Source: Utricularia gibba (lineage: Eukaryota > Plantae > Magnoliophyta). From it: a stretch of 64,000 bases of DNA. The translations under genes were made by a program, and so were the position numbers. The stretch spans positions 1,426,001 through 1,490,000 of the forward strand of contig NEEC01000017.1 of assembly GCA_002189035.1 (NCBI GenBank), written 5' to 3'. The notes below the pieces were generated by a model. The model had not been told where the DNA came from. It saw only the letters and a program-made list of their open reading frames with translations, and made no database searches. Positions 16,901 through 29,332 of the stretch are shown here, one piece after another (position 1 is the stretch's first letter; every line of letters begins with the position of its first letter).

Positions 16901-19900
16901 CTACAACGCATCGCCGGCTTCGTGCTCCTGAAGCCTGAAGGCGAACCTGTACTCCTCGCTGCTTCGCCTTCTGACCACGCTGGCTCTTTGCATCAGGCGC
17001 ACGAGCGCTTGCACCACTTCAGACATGGGGGGCGAAACTCGGGTTCAGTCTGCAGTCACAACACAGTGAAGATGAATGAAATGACAATGCAGCTTGATGG
17101 GTGAGCGCTGTGATCCTTTCCTATGCAGGAAGTTCTTCGTAGCAGATTCATGGTGATCTTTTGCTAAGAAGGATCCAATGGGGGTTGTTTGGAACACTGA
17201 CCTGGACACAGAGGGCTATGATGTCTGCAAAACGGCTCAAAGACTTGGCAGGATACATGCCATTGAGTGAAGGATCCACCATCTTGGATAAAGCATCGAT
17301 GTCGTGTAGTTGAGGGGCGGCCCACCTTAGGAGCGATTGTTCGGATCTTGCCTTCGAACTGAAGAAAATGGTGGGATGGTGGGTGCCGTAGAGGGAAGAA
17401 AAAAGACAATACTCGCGTTCCATCAAAATGTGAAATGAAGTCTACCTGTCAAGGGGCTTCCTCCCTGTCAGAAGTTCAAGCATGACTACACCGAAGCTGT
17501 AAACATCGCTTTTTAGTGTGTATATTCCTGATAAGGTGCATTCGGGGGCAGTGTAACCGAAGGAACCAACCATTTGGGGCGATGCAACCTGGCAGCAATA
17601 TAGAGAATGTTCAAACTTTCATCAGATTTTGGGTGTGCAAAAGCTGGTGCAGAACTAAATTAACTTGCCTGTCTGTCAGGATTTGGTGCTAAAACAGCTA
17701 GTCCACTGTCCGAAAGGTGTGGATTGAGCTCTTCGTCCAGCAAAATGTTTGCAGACTTCAGGTTTCTGTGCACAACGGAAGGCAGGCACACCTCATGCAA
17801 GTACCTATCCAAGAGAAGCAGAGATCAGCAAGTGATGGAATGGCTGTTGCAGATGCTTCGATCAAATGTGACTGTCCAAAAGGACATACTCCAAGGCTCG
17901 AGCAGCTCCAAGTGCGATCCGGACCCGAGTATTCCATGTCAATAGCTTGCTCCTGTCATCTGCATGATGCAGCATGTCGTGCAGGCTCCCATTACTCATG
18001 AATTCATGTATGAGAAGGCGCTGGCCATGCTCAGCACAGTATCCAACCAACGCCAGTATATTTGGATGTCTCAGGCGTGACATGTTTGAAATTGCTTCAA
18101 GAAAGTTATCCTGCAGTGATGCTGCTGTACTATCAATCTTCTTGATTGCCATTACCTGGGGCCAATAAGAGATGCTCCAATAAGCATTTTTCAATAAGCA
18201 CAAGCCCAATATCCAAAAATATTGGTCAGAAAAGGATTACCTTCCCATTAGGAAATACTCCTCTGTAAACACGCCCAAGTGATCCTTCACCAACCAAATT
18301 CTCTTGGCTGAAACTGTTAGTTGCGATCTGAAGAGTGGCCACTGTGTAAGCAGTTGACGTTGTTGGAGACTTCATTCTTCTCAAAGATCCACTTTTCCCA
18401 TTTAAATTGTCCACCATTACATCCTCAGTGAATAACGGTGGCTGTACATCGACAATCACAGCTGATGCTTTTGCCCGCTGGTCTTGCATTTCTGCGTCCC
18501 CTGGAAAACAGATAAAGATAAACAAACCGCATAAAAAAAATCAACTTGGTTGGTTTTGAAAGACAGTCTGCAACAAGAAGCAGAGCATGACCTTTAGAGA
18601 AATACTTTGCTAAAAAAAGAAAAACATGATCAAAATTTTTTTTGCAAATTTTCCCATGGTCAGGGCAGGACATGAAAAATGGCACCTTTATCAATGCTGT
18701 AAGGAGCAAGGTTTTCAGTTGAAGACTGTGAACCTATTCCCTTTCTGTATCCCTTTCTTTTTGAAAAATCTAGTGCTATTAGCAACAAGACCACCAGAAA
18801 CAATGAACCAAGCACAATGCCCACTATAGATCCCGCCGTCAGTGGATTGTTTTTCATATGATGAGAACTGATTGCAACTTTTGGGGAAGGTACTGAAGGT
18901 TGTCCATGATGGCTGTCAGGGAGAGGTGGTGCATATGGTAGTGGAGATGTAGGACCAATTGAAAATGCATTCCCACTATATCTGGTTCATGAAAATATTT
19001 CTGGTGAAGAATGTGACAATCATGCACCTGCATTTGCATATAGAAACTCCCAACTTACGAAAAGTTGGGCAGTGAAAGCAGTTCTGCTGGTATTGCACCA
19101 CTAAAATTGTTGTTTGCGATATTCCTGATGAATTAAGCATTAGGAGGAAAGGCAAATTCAAACAGCAGAATGTTGTGTGCCTGGTGATATTTATCCCTCA
19201 TAGCATGAGTAGCTGCTTTAGGAAACTTACAAATTTTTCAGGGGCAGGCCAATGAGGATGCTGAGAGATCCTGACAACTGGTTATTCTGTAATTCTCTAT
19301 AAAAAGAACACAAATCAGCAATTCAATAGCACAGGAATATACAAAGTGAATATGCAAATATACTACTCACAGAGTTGAAAGAGTTGTCAGCGATGAGATG
19401 GAAGGTGGAAGACCACCAGAAAAACTGTTGAAGGATGCATCACTGCGTCCAAAATCCAATAAATGAGCAACAGTTAGAAGTGCAGATTCGGAAGCTATAA
19501 GTGTTTTAAAAACAATTGTAAAATGTGACTCACAAAGTCTCTAGTGCTGAATGATTAGCAAACACATCACCGATTTCCTGAGACAGCATGTTTCTGCTGA
19601 TGTTCCTAAAATGGGAGCAGAACCATGTTTTGGATTGAAGGTATAAAACAACATGAAGCAGTAGAGGAATTGCCTCCCACATACATATAATTAAGTGAAC
19701 GGAGAGAAGATATGGAGTAAGGAAGAACCCCACTTAAATCATTCTCAGCAAGGTTTCTGCACCAAAATGAAGAAAAATGTGTGAGACTTCGACTGTTGAG
19801 ATCACAGAGCAGATACATTATCAAGTCCAAAAACATCCACAAAGAAGAAGTACATTACATGCTTGTGACATTTGGTGGGAGTTGGTATGGAATCGAACCA

Positions 19901-20843
19901 TGGATACGGTTGTTACTCAAATCCCTGCAGGATGTGAAGAAAATTTCAATGATTAGTCACATAACTAAAACCAGAAGACAGGAAACCGCTTTCTCACAAT
20001 GTCCTCAGTGAAGCCAGGTTGTCTAGCATGTATCCCATTGCCCCATTGAGTCCCAAACCAGATACCTGGCTGTTACCGGAAAACATGCTCTCACATTTGA
20101 AAAGGATCTAGACCAAAATATCACAATGGCATGAACCCATCAAGAAGCCATTACTCACAGAGAGACGACAGACGAACCCTGACATGTAACGCCCATCCAA
20201 GACTCTCCACATGGATCACCACCGCTTGAACGCCAGCCATTAAGCTGTGAAGGATTATTCAAAGAAGTATACAAAACTTGAAGCGCTTGAACTGCACCCA
20301 GAAGAAGAATCAAACTTGCATTGAGTTGAGAACCATCAATGCTGATCATCCCATACAACGATACAAGTGTTATAAACTGTACAAATCTCGCAGATATTGA
20401 TTGCAAAGACAATTTTCTAACGGAAAGGTACTGAAACCACACGTTGCAACACATGTTACTTCTGCTTTTACTTCAGAATGCCTCTTCCAGAAAATACAAA
20501 ATCCAAAGGCAGCGCTGAAAAGTGAATCCACTAAACTCAAAAGTTGCAGAAACTATCGGCTCACCATTCCAGAAAAAAAAAAAACGTCATTTTCGCCGAA
20601 TGACGACGACAAAATCACCCAAATAAAAAATTTCCGGCCAATATTTTTTCCTAAAAAAAAAAAAACAAAAAACACAACTACTTCCTGAGACAAGAACAAA
20701 AGAGAGGTAAGCGAATCACCATCATTCGGATCAGTAACGGCAGCAACCAGGGTGGAGACACCGAGGAGCAGCGCCGCAAGGTCAACAAAGAAGCGTAAGG
20801 AACAGCCCAACGCCGCTCGCCCTTCCATTCCCGTGGTATGCAT
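16901..20843 (-). CDS. SRF8: STRUBBELIG-RECEPTOR FAMILY 8-like LRR receptor-like kinase; last exon carries an apparent 1-nt deletion at 17027-17032
   Basis: Signal peptide + [18 protein letters not shown], short LRR exons, TM segment, kinase motifs [55 protein letters not shown]; C-terminal [23 protein letters not shown] in shifted frame. Confidence 0.92.
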
Positions 20844-21948
20844 TTGCAGAAACGCTTGAACCGCGATCACTATCAGTTACCAAATCGCGGAATTCACGAC
20901 CCGATGAAAATGAAAATCGGAAATGAAGCCCAAATGTGTCGGCGGAAACGGGATTTCCGCTTTATCTCCCTGCCCCTGCCCCTGGAAAGCTGCTGATTTC
21001 TAGTAAAACCTTTTGCTACCAGCTTTTCTGGAAAGAAGGTAACAAATTTAATGAACACAAATGTTGCTTAATAGCACCATCAGCAGAAGAACGAATAATC
21101 ATGCTAATTAATTCGTAATACAATCATTAAAACAAATATGGAATTGGAGGGGCAACTTGATCTCCAATAATGCTGCGTCACCCAGTTAGTTGGAGAGGGG
21201 CCGAGTGCTGGGGCGAGTGGACGACAATGCCCTTCACTGCCCACCCTGCTGCCGGATTTCCTTCCGCCGTCGGCAGTGGAGGACAGGGAGGAGGAGATTA
21301 ATTCAAAAGGAGGAGGGCAGGCAGGCAGGCACCCTGAGAAATGACATGTTTGTCCTCATCTGTGCCGCATCTTTGACATCGCCACACGACGTCGTTTAGT
21401 TGGTTTTCGTCGGGCCTCCCGAACATCCCCTTCCCTGCGTTATTTTCCATGTTGGTGGGTCCCACCACGTTCCCATGATCATTCCTGATGCACTTATTTA
21501 GGCAAATGGAAAATAGTTATTTCTTTATTTATAATCTGTGAGGAATAATTGAAAATTAAAATTTATTATTCACCCAAAAAAATTCCAATCAAAATTTCAG
21601 AATTTTAAAGGTTTTTGAATTCATTGTACCAATTTTTTAAATTCAAAATGAATTATATTATTTTATACATTTCGAAATTTTTATTTTTTTATTTGAAAGT
21701 CGATTTTACCAATAATTAGACATCTTTCTTATTCAATACCTATTAAATTATTTATTTTTAAATGATTTAATTTACATTTCGTATTTTTAAATACAATTTT
21801 ATGATTTTACCGTACGAGGAACTAATGTTAATTTTATAATCATAATTAAGTATTGGATTTTATTTTTTAAAATAAATTTATTTATTTATTTAAAAATAAA
21901 CACTTCGCTTTTTTTCCAGAAGCATCATATCTTGAAATTTTGTTAGAA

Positions 21949-23045
21949 TCACTTATTTATACGAAGCACTGTGTCGAGAGCACAGCAGATGTTTATCAGG
22001 TGTCCATGGCAGATGAGGTGAAGGAAACACGATTTAGAAATTCGCATTATCCCAATCCACCCAAGAGTAAGCTCCAGGGAGATGTCCTCCTCGCGGCACA
22101 CCCGCCCTCCTCCCCATTCCGGTGGTGCCGTACGCCGGCAACGACCCTCTTCTCGATTTCCCGTCCAGCCGCTATTCCAGGAACTGCTCAAAAAACAAAA
22201 GGAAAGAAAGGAAAATCAACCCTCGATGGCTTTGTAAAGGAGGAATGTGCGTAATTTGATTTCTTCACCTGATCAGCAACTCCGATGCTGAGATCTGGTG
22301 TTGTGAGGAATTGCCTTCTCTTTCTGCTGCTGCTTCTGTCCCCGGAGATGCTCCAAAAATAGAAAACGAAGTAAGTTTCTTGTATATTCAGAAGCTCTCG
22401 GTTCGAGCAGAAAGAAAGCATGAGTTATGAGTTGGGACTTCGTACCGTGCGCAAATTGCTCCTGCTTCATGGTTCTGTACATCTGCAACGTTTTCAGGAA
22501 CAAGAATCTATGTAATAATGGAACATTTGTGTGCATGTATTGCGATGAAAGGCAAGGGAGTGAAAATTTGACAATAAAACCTGAAGATGGCTCTTGACGT
22601 GAGTGATGCTTAGACCTTTCACGTTCATCATTTCGAGAACCATTTTTGGGGTTGCTCCTTGCCATTCCAACAAAAAAAAAAAAAACAAAACAGAAATGGA
22701 GTTACGAGGAAAGATATGATCTATCATTACAGTGAACTATGAAGCCTGAAACAGGAACCACACTCGAAAGGGGACATGCATGCGACTTTTCGAATAAGGG
22801 AAACACTGCACGGCATGCGCATCCAAAGCATTGTCGGTAAACATTGAGCTTGTAAGGATCACTCGATTTGAACGAGAAAAGCAACTCAAATTTATCTGCA
22901 TTGGCTTACTCTCCTCTCCTCCGAGGCGATCAACGGCTTTGACGAAGCAGGAGTGGAGATCCCGGGTCCATTTCAGACGGGGGGTTTTGGATCGGACGTA
23001 GGGGCGAGCGCGGCCAGCTTTGGACGGCGGGGGCGGAGAATCCAT
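21949..23045 (-). CDS. GARP/MYB-related (SHAQKYF-class) transcription factor; exons ~23045-22910, 22657-22581, 22482-22446, then two less certain 3' exons
   Basis: RPYVRSKTPRLKWTRDLHSCFVKAVDRLGGEE/RATPKMVLEMMNVKGLSITHVKSHLQ/MYR; probable last exon contains EDISLELTLG (EAR-like LxLxL); 3' boundary uncertain. Confidence 0.85.
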
Positions 23046-23495
23046 GGATAAAATGGAAGGTGAGAATGAAGGAATGAAACTGATGTTGCCTTTTGGTCTT
23101 TGGAAATGGTATCAAAGGGGAATAACAATAAATACGAGAAGAAGGATGAAGGTTGTGAGTACTTGTCCCGTTGTGTTGCTTTTCGGGAACACTACAAATC
23201 GGGCGTTCCGGGTTTTCATTGCATCGTCTCGTCTTCTTTGCTTAAAGCATCTCCTACTTTGGAAAATGGGGGTGAAATCTCTGGTTCTATGAAGTATATG
23301 AATAAATAGCAGTTAGCACCCGTCTTCGTTCACTTTTCTAGAGGATCTGGGTTGATGTATTAGCAGAATTTGAGCCTTTTTTTCCGATGTGCCAACTCGG
23401 GCCGCCGCCGGATTCAATCCTCGAGCACAGAATGTGGTTACAGCTAGCAATTAAAAGAACCTGATTTGCAGAATGCAAGTCATTGAAAAGAAAGC

Positions 23496-24134
23496 TCAAT
23501 TTCGGTTTTCTGAAACAGGGAAATACACAGAGCATAGGTGACCCCTATACTGTGGCAAGATGGAGCCATCGGGTCCAACTCCGACGCGGCAGTTCGCATG
23601 CACGATATGCCTGCGACTATCCCACCGGGAAATCCGAAACCTGATTCCCGATCTAATAGAAACCCGGAAAACAACCCTGCCGTTTGCCCGCTCCGCTAGA
23701 AACTCCTGCCATGTCACCCCCGACACGGCGGCGCCTCCCAACTGGCCGTAGATGATCGTCGTGTTTCTGGGCTGTTGAAAGAAAGGGAAAAGCACCCGCG
23801 ATCTTCCAAAGCTTTCATCGTTGTACAGCACATTGATATGCAGCGAATCATAGTAAATGCTAATGTGCTGGTTGGAGTTCCAGCACGTAATGTTGTACAC
23901 CATTGCTATGTTTTCCTGGGAGACGGGTTCCGGAATTGAGAGCTCGTGAACGTAGAATCGGGGGCTATGGGGCCGGAGATTCAGCCAGATGATGAAGAAA
24001 GCTATAGCTACGAAGAACAAGAAGGCCAGTATGATGGAGCACAGTATTTTATAAACCCTTGTGATCAAGCTCTCTCTCACATGGTGGACGCGGTGCTTGG
24101 GTGATTCCACGGCGGTGCGGCTGCAGCACGACAT
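23496..24134 (-). CDS. NDR1/HIN1-like (LEA_2 domain) protein, single exon
   Basis: 212-aa ORF with N-terminal TM (ILAFLFFVAIAFFIIWLNLRPHSPRFYV), NSNQHISIYYD, PFFQQPRNTT, IRFRISRWDS motifs typical of the NHL family. Confidence 0.88.
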   Translation of the reverse strand: MSCCSRTAVESPKHRVHHVRESLITRVYKILCSIILAFLFFVAIAFFIIWLNLRPHSPRFYVHELSIPEPVSQENIAMVYNITCWNSNQHISIYYDSLHINVLYNDESFGRSRVLFPFFQQPRNTTIIYGQLGGAAVSGVTWQEFLAERANGRVVFRVSIRSGIRFRISRWDSRRHIVHANCRVGVGPDGSILPQYRGHLCSVYFPVSENRN

Positions 24135-26529
24135 TTTCCGGCGAGATACCAGAAAAAGAGTAGCTGAAGAGGAGAAGAGATTGAGTACTGGATGCTATAT
24201 GTGAATTCAAAAGGTGGATTCAGAAAAAGGGGAATATTGGCTTTGAGTGTTGCTATTGGGGAAGGAAAGGAATGACTTTCACATTGCAATTAGAAGCAAG
24301 TTAGGGTAATGAAAACATTTTCCATTGGACAATTTCGCAATTATTTTAATTCTCATTATATTTTTAATAAATCAATATATTTGATATTATAAATTATGTG
24401 AGTGAATAAATTACTCCATCTAAAAAATTACATAAAATAAATAATATTTGAATGTTACACCAATTATTAATTACATCAAGGTAATTTATTTTTAAAAATA
24501 AAAAATTAATGATAAATATTTGCTCCTGGGACCCAGTCATGTGGCGTAGTGGGCAACAGGTTTCCAAACAGTGGGCTGACGTATTCTGAGGAGCCGACAC
24601 GGTGACACGTATGACACCCGACATTGGCTTTCATACCCATGGGCCCCTCCACAATAGCGTGCTTTTAAATGTGTCGTCCTGCGAGGTATTTACCATTTTG
24701 CCATTATTATATTTAGCATTTTATTTATTTTCGCCTTTTAATTATAAAATTCAACTTTTTATTAAGTATTTCATTTTCATTTATTATGAAATAATGAGAA
24801 TAAAATAGTACATATTGTTTCTATCAATGAAGTATAATTTTGAATTTTTTTATAATTTCCACCTACTTTGTGTTTATGGTGAAAATTGGAATTAAATTTG
24901 ATAAAATTAGGATTTTTTTAAAAAATTAATTATTTGTAATGGAAAATGATGATGTGGAATTGGGAAAAATAGAAAGAGAAGTGATAGACCAATGGGAATG
25001 CCTTGACCTATTTTTCATGTGATGATATTAATTATTAAGTAATGTTTTAGAAAATTTTCGGAATCTATTTTTACTTTTCAAAAGTAAAAATAATCCATTC
25101 TTTATTTTTTCAAAAATAATTTTTGTAATTATAATTTTAAAATTATTTTTGATAGAATTATTTTTAAAATAAAAGAAGTTTTAAAAATTTTTCAGAACAC
25201 TCATTTATTTTTATGTACCAATGTATTTGATTTTGAACGAAGTTCTAAATGGTATGTTATGTGCAGCTAGAAGAATCACCGATTGTTAAGATATCACAAT
25301 ATTACTGTCTTATTTAACATAATATACAGGTTAATAATTGTGATTATATTATTGAAAAGAAGTTTGTTTGACCGACCAGTCAAAGACAGGCAGGTTCACG
25401 GGCAGGGTGGATGCGGTATGGTCAAAGGGAGTCAGATTTGCGAAGACCACTGGAGACACAGTGTTGTTTCTTCCATCAGCAAATGAAGAGGCCGCCGTGT
25501 CTTGAGACACCGCCTTTCTGTGTGGCCTCTTCTGTTCACTTACAGCAACCCCCCAGATGCTCTCTTCTTGAATGCTTCTCTTACCGGCCCTTCATGTATT
25601 CCGATGTTATTACAGAAGGGAGGAGTGTTCATCTTTGCCGGCCGGCTCGCCGGGTTATTGTTATTCTAATGGGTTCTGTGGTGATGAATGGGGGGGAGTT
25701 TACGTGAGTTCAGTTTCCTGTTTTAGTCAGTGGCAGTGGCAGGGACTTCAATGCGACTACCACTGCGACTCCAACATCGAGTGGCTGAAAAGAGTATCGG
25801 GAAAGGAAGCTCACTGAAAGATGAGCTGTGAGATTGTCTCAGGTCTGAAATACTTTTCAATTCAGACCTGAGACTGGAAAATAGTGATAATTAAAGACAA
25901 CTAAGATTCCCCCACACAGAAGGGACCGCCTTGGTCCTATTCTTATCTTGATATGAAGTGACACCGATACGTCTGCTGCTGGGCCACCAGCTCCCAATTT
26001 CTCAATCTCTGTCTGATCAGGGCATCTTCGATGCTTTTCTAGTGGTGTTTATATCTTACTTTCTGATGAACCACATAATAAAAAAGAGAGAAAAAGAGTG
26101 ATGGTGATGGGGAGAGTTGCTGATCGTGTGGAGATTGTGGGGGCGATAGATGATGTCGTCCCAGGGCATCACGTTCCCTCTGCAAGCAATCTGCACTTCT
26201 TCAAACTTCAACCTCTGTTTTAGCTGTACCTGCTGTCTCCCAATCTTCATCTCTTTCACCCCGGCATCCTCCCAGTCCTCAGTATTAACTTTTTAGACTC
26301 TCAGTTTCCCCTTTTCACCCTCCCACGACTCAATCTTATCTCATCACGACTGTGACTGTGCCACAAGCCCTATCCCGATCCTCTTCCACTGACACCTTCT
26401 CAGTTTCTTCAATCCCACCTCCCTTTTCTTTTATCATTTCTTTAATCCCACGTCCACATTGTACGGTGCTCCCTCGTGCTTCCTTAAAAGAAATGGTTTA
26501 CTGCTAGTAGTGTATTCTTTCTCATCACC

Positions 26530-28079
26530 ATGATCGGACTTACAGTTCTTGCTCGTGAATCACTGTTTCAGGCTTTGAGAATCGTTAAGGACGACGAGGT
26601 TTCCCCTGATCCACCCTTTCTCGAAACCTACAAGACCCTTTTCGCCGCCGCCGGTGACCTGAAAAAGACCCCGGTTGCCATGGATGAGTGTAGGTTACCG
26701 GTCATCGATCTGGGGCGGTTGATGCTGGGGGAGTCTGGGAGGAGATCTTGTGAGGAGGATATATGTGAGGCCGCTAGAGAATGGGGTTTCTTTCAGGTCG
26801 TTAACCATGGGATCCCGAGCGAAGTATTGGAGAAAATGAGGAAGGAACAGGTTTCGGTGATGACGAAGCCGTTCAGGGAGAAGATCCACGGAGGCGATCT
26901 GGGCTTCTCCGCCGGGAGTTACCGTTGGGGAACCCCTGCGCTACTCGTTTGAACCAGCTGTCCTGGTCGGAGGCCTTCCACGTCCGCATAAGCGACGTCG
27001 TCGACTCCCCTGTCATCAACGATCTCCGGTACGCACCTCCGTTGCTATTAGTGGAAAACCTTTGAAAAGGCAATCAATTGGACTAATTACTAATTACTGC
27101 CCTGCTAGGGTTTGGTATTTCTAGATTTGGTGCTTTTTAGAATTTTCTGAAACTTTAGTGGCGAAACTGTAATTTAGGGTAGAATATGTCGGAGACACGG
27201 CCGCCGGCATGTGCCTGATCCTGAGACATCGGCGCTGGTCTGGATTTCCCTCACGTGCTGCTGCTGAATGATCACATTCCCATTAACATATCGATTACAA
27301 AGATTCTAAACTATCTTCATAAATTGAATAATCATATGATTTTACATTGAATTTGCTCATTTTCCTAATGTATAACGTGAATAAGATAATGTTGGATTCA
27401 GATGGGCGATGAGAGAGTTCTCAACGCGGGTGCCGGAAGTGTGTTACAGGCTGTTGGACATCCTGGCGGCGGAGATCGGCGAGAACTCCAGCTTCTTTCG
27501 AGACACATGTCTGCCGGCGAGCTGCTATCTCCGGCTGAACCGGTATCCGGCATGCCCCAAAGCACCCCAGGTTCTGGGCATAACTCCTCACACGGACAGC
27601 GACTTCATCACGGTGCTCCACCAGGACCACATCGGCGGGCTTCAGCTCCTCCGGGACGGGAAATGGATCGCCGTGAAACCTAACCCCGACGCCCTCATCA
27701 TTAACATCGGGGATCTCTTTCAGGTGCCAAGTTTAGAGTTAAATAATAACCTGAGAGTTGTTCATCATCCATCTGCTTCCTCTGTAATGGCTCTTCAAAT
27801 GTGGTGGTGGTTGGGTGTTGTGCGGCGCAGGCATGGAGCAACGACGTGTACAAGAGTGCGAAGCACAGGGTGGTGGCGAATCCCACGACGGAGAGGTTCT
27901 CGACGGCCTTCTTTCTCTGCCCATCTTACGACACGGTGATACGAGGGGTTGCCGGAGAGCCGGTGTACCGGAGCTTTAGCTTCGGCGAGTACAGGAAACA
28001 GGTGCAAGAAGATGTTAGGGTTTTTGGTGACAAAGTGGGGCTCTCAAGGTTTCTTCACCAGCCGAATAGAAGGACCTAG
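26530..28079 (+). CDS. GA2ox8: Gibberellin 2-beta-dioxygenase 8-like (C20-GA2ox, 2OG-Fe(II) oxygenase); exons 26530-27028, 27402-27723, 27831-28079; apparent 1-nt deletion at 26940/26941
   Basis: DPPFLETYK, LPVIDL, AAREWGFFQVVNHGI, SYRWGTP, (shifted) QLSWSEAFH, YLRLNRYPACP, HTDSDFITVLHQD, NIGDLFQAWSN, HRVVAN, RFSTAFFLCPSYD. Confidence 0.88.
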
Positions 28080-29332
28080 AGAGTTCTAGACACCTCTCTG
28101 CTAGTAGACAATTTAGGTTCTATCCATTCTTGATGAATTGTCCCAAGTTTGTATGCATGTTTTTTTTTTCCTTTTTTTTTCTTGAAAAACCTTATTTCAA
28201 ATATAATTTTAAAATATGTATTTTAAACGTATATACTTTAAGTATATTATTAATTAAACAGCTTATTACAATCATTATAGAATCATTACTGATGCTGCAG
28301 CCCATCCATGTCTGGGCCCATGGGTCATCATTCCTACAAGCCCATTCATGTATTAACTTAAATTTTTAAGTTAAATTTAATAATTAATAAAAAATTTAAA
28401 AATTAGATGTTAAGATTTGGAATTTGATTGAGGTTCCTTCGGCTTTCCGGGTGCTGGCGTCTCAGCCGCCGCCGTGGCCCCATGAAATCACGAGGTGCGG
28501 TTAGCTGCTGCGGCGGCGGCTCATGTCTACTGCACAAGGGCCATGGGCATCGCGGTTCAGAACAGGTTCCTGGTTCCTTGTGCTGCGACCACGTCTCCGG
28601 CAGGGGGGCAGCGGCCAGGCGCCGGGAAACTTCTGGCGGCCTGTTCTCATGTGCGACTCCGCATGGCTGTGGGAACGCTGATCACCGACTCACGAGATAA
28701 AAGGATGGTTTTTGGCATTGGGATTGATTGGGGGTGTATGTGTTGAAATTAAGTATCACATCAATAACAATATACAATAAACATGAATTTCATTTAAAAA
28801 AATTAAATTCAATCGATTATTAATGATTTTAAATTTTTTATTTTATTATTATTTCTCGATGTATTTAAATCAATACGAAATGTATATTGATCATCCAAAT
28901 TATACCATAAGACAAATTTTTTGATATCATGATGAAATTTAGAATCTTATAGATAAAATAAGTACACGTAAAACCCAAATATATAAAAAAAAATATGAAT
29001 TACATTAGAAAAAAATGAAATCTAACGGATAGAATTTTTCTTATAATAAGGTAAGAGGGTCATGAGGCCCAGTTCCGTGATTGTCTCTCGCTGTCTGAAC
29101 TGAGTGCAGTAGGAAGCCCGTTCTTGGAAGGAAGCCCAAAAGTGGGTGGTTTCTGTCCGAACATTAGACCCTTATCGCTTGAAATCTCAGCATCTTCCCT
29201 CAGCCTCTCGTTTCTCTTGAGGATGATGACTGTTTCTACACCCCAATCAAGAAGAACTCACCATCTGTTGTTGCTCAAGACTTGATTTTGAACGCAAGAG
29301 CTCGACTGGTCTTGCTCTCTTCTCCTTCACCG

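Noticed and set aside
17669-17820. SRF8 kinase lacks HRD/DFG (has HRN and DSG)
   Set aside because: Atypical catalytic motifs are an established property of the STRUBBELIG family, so this is not novel.
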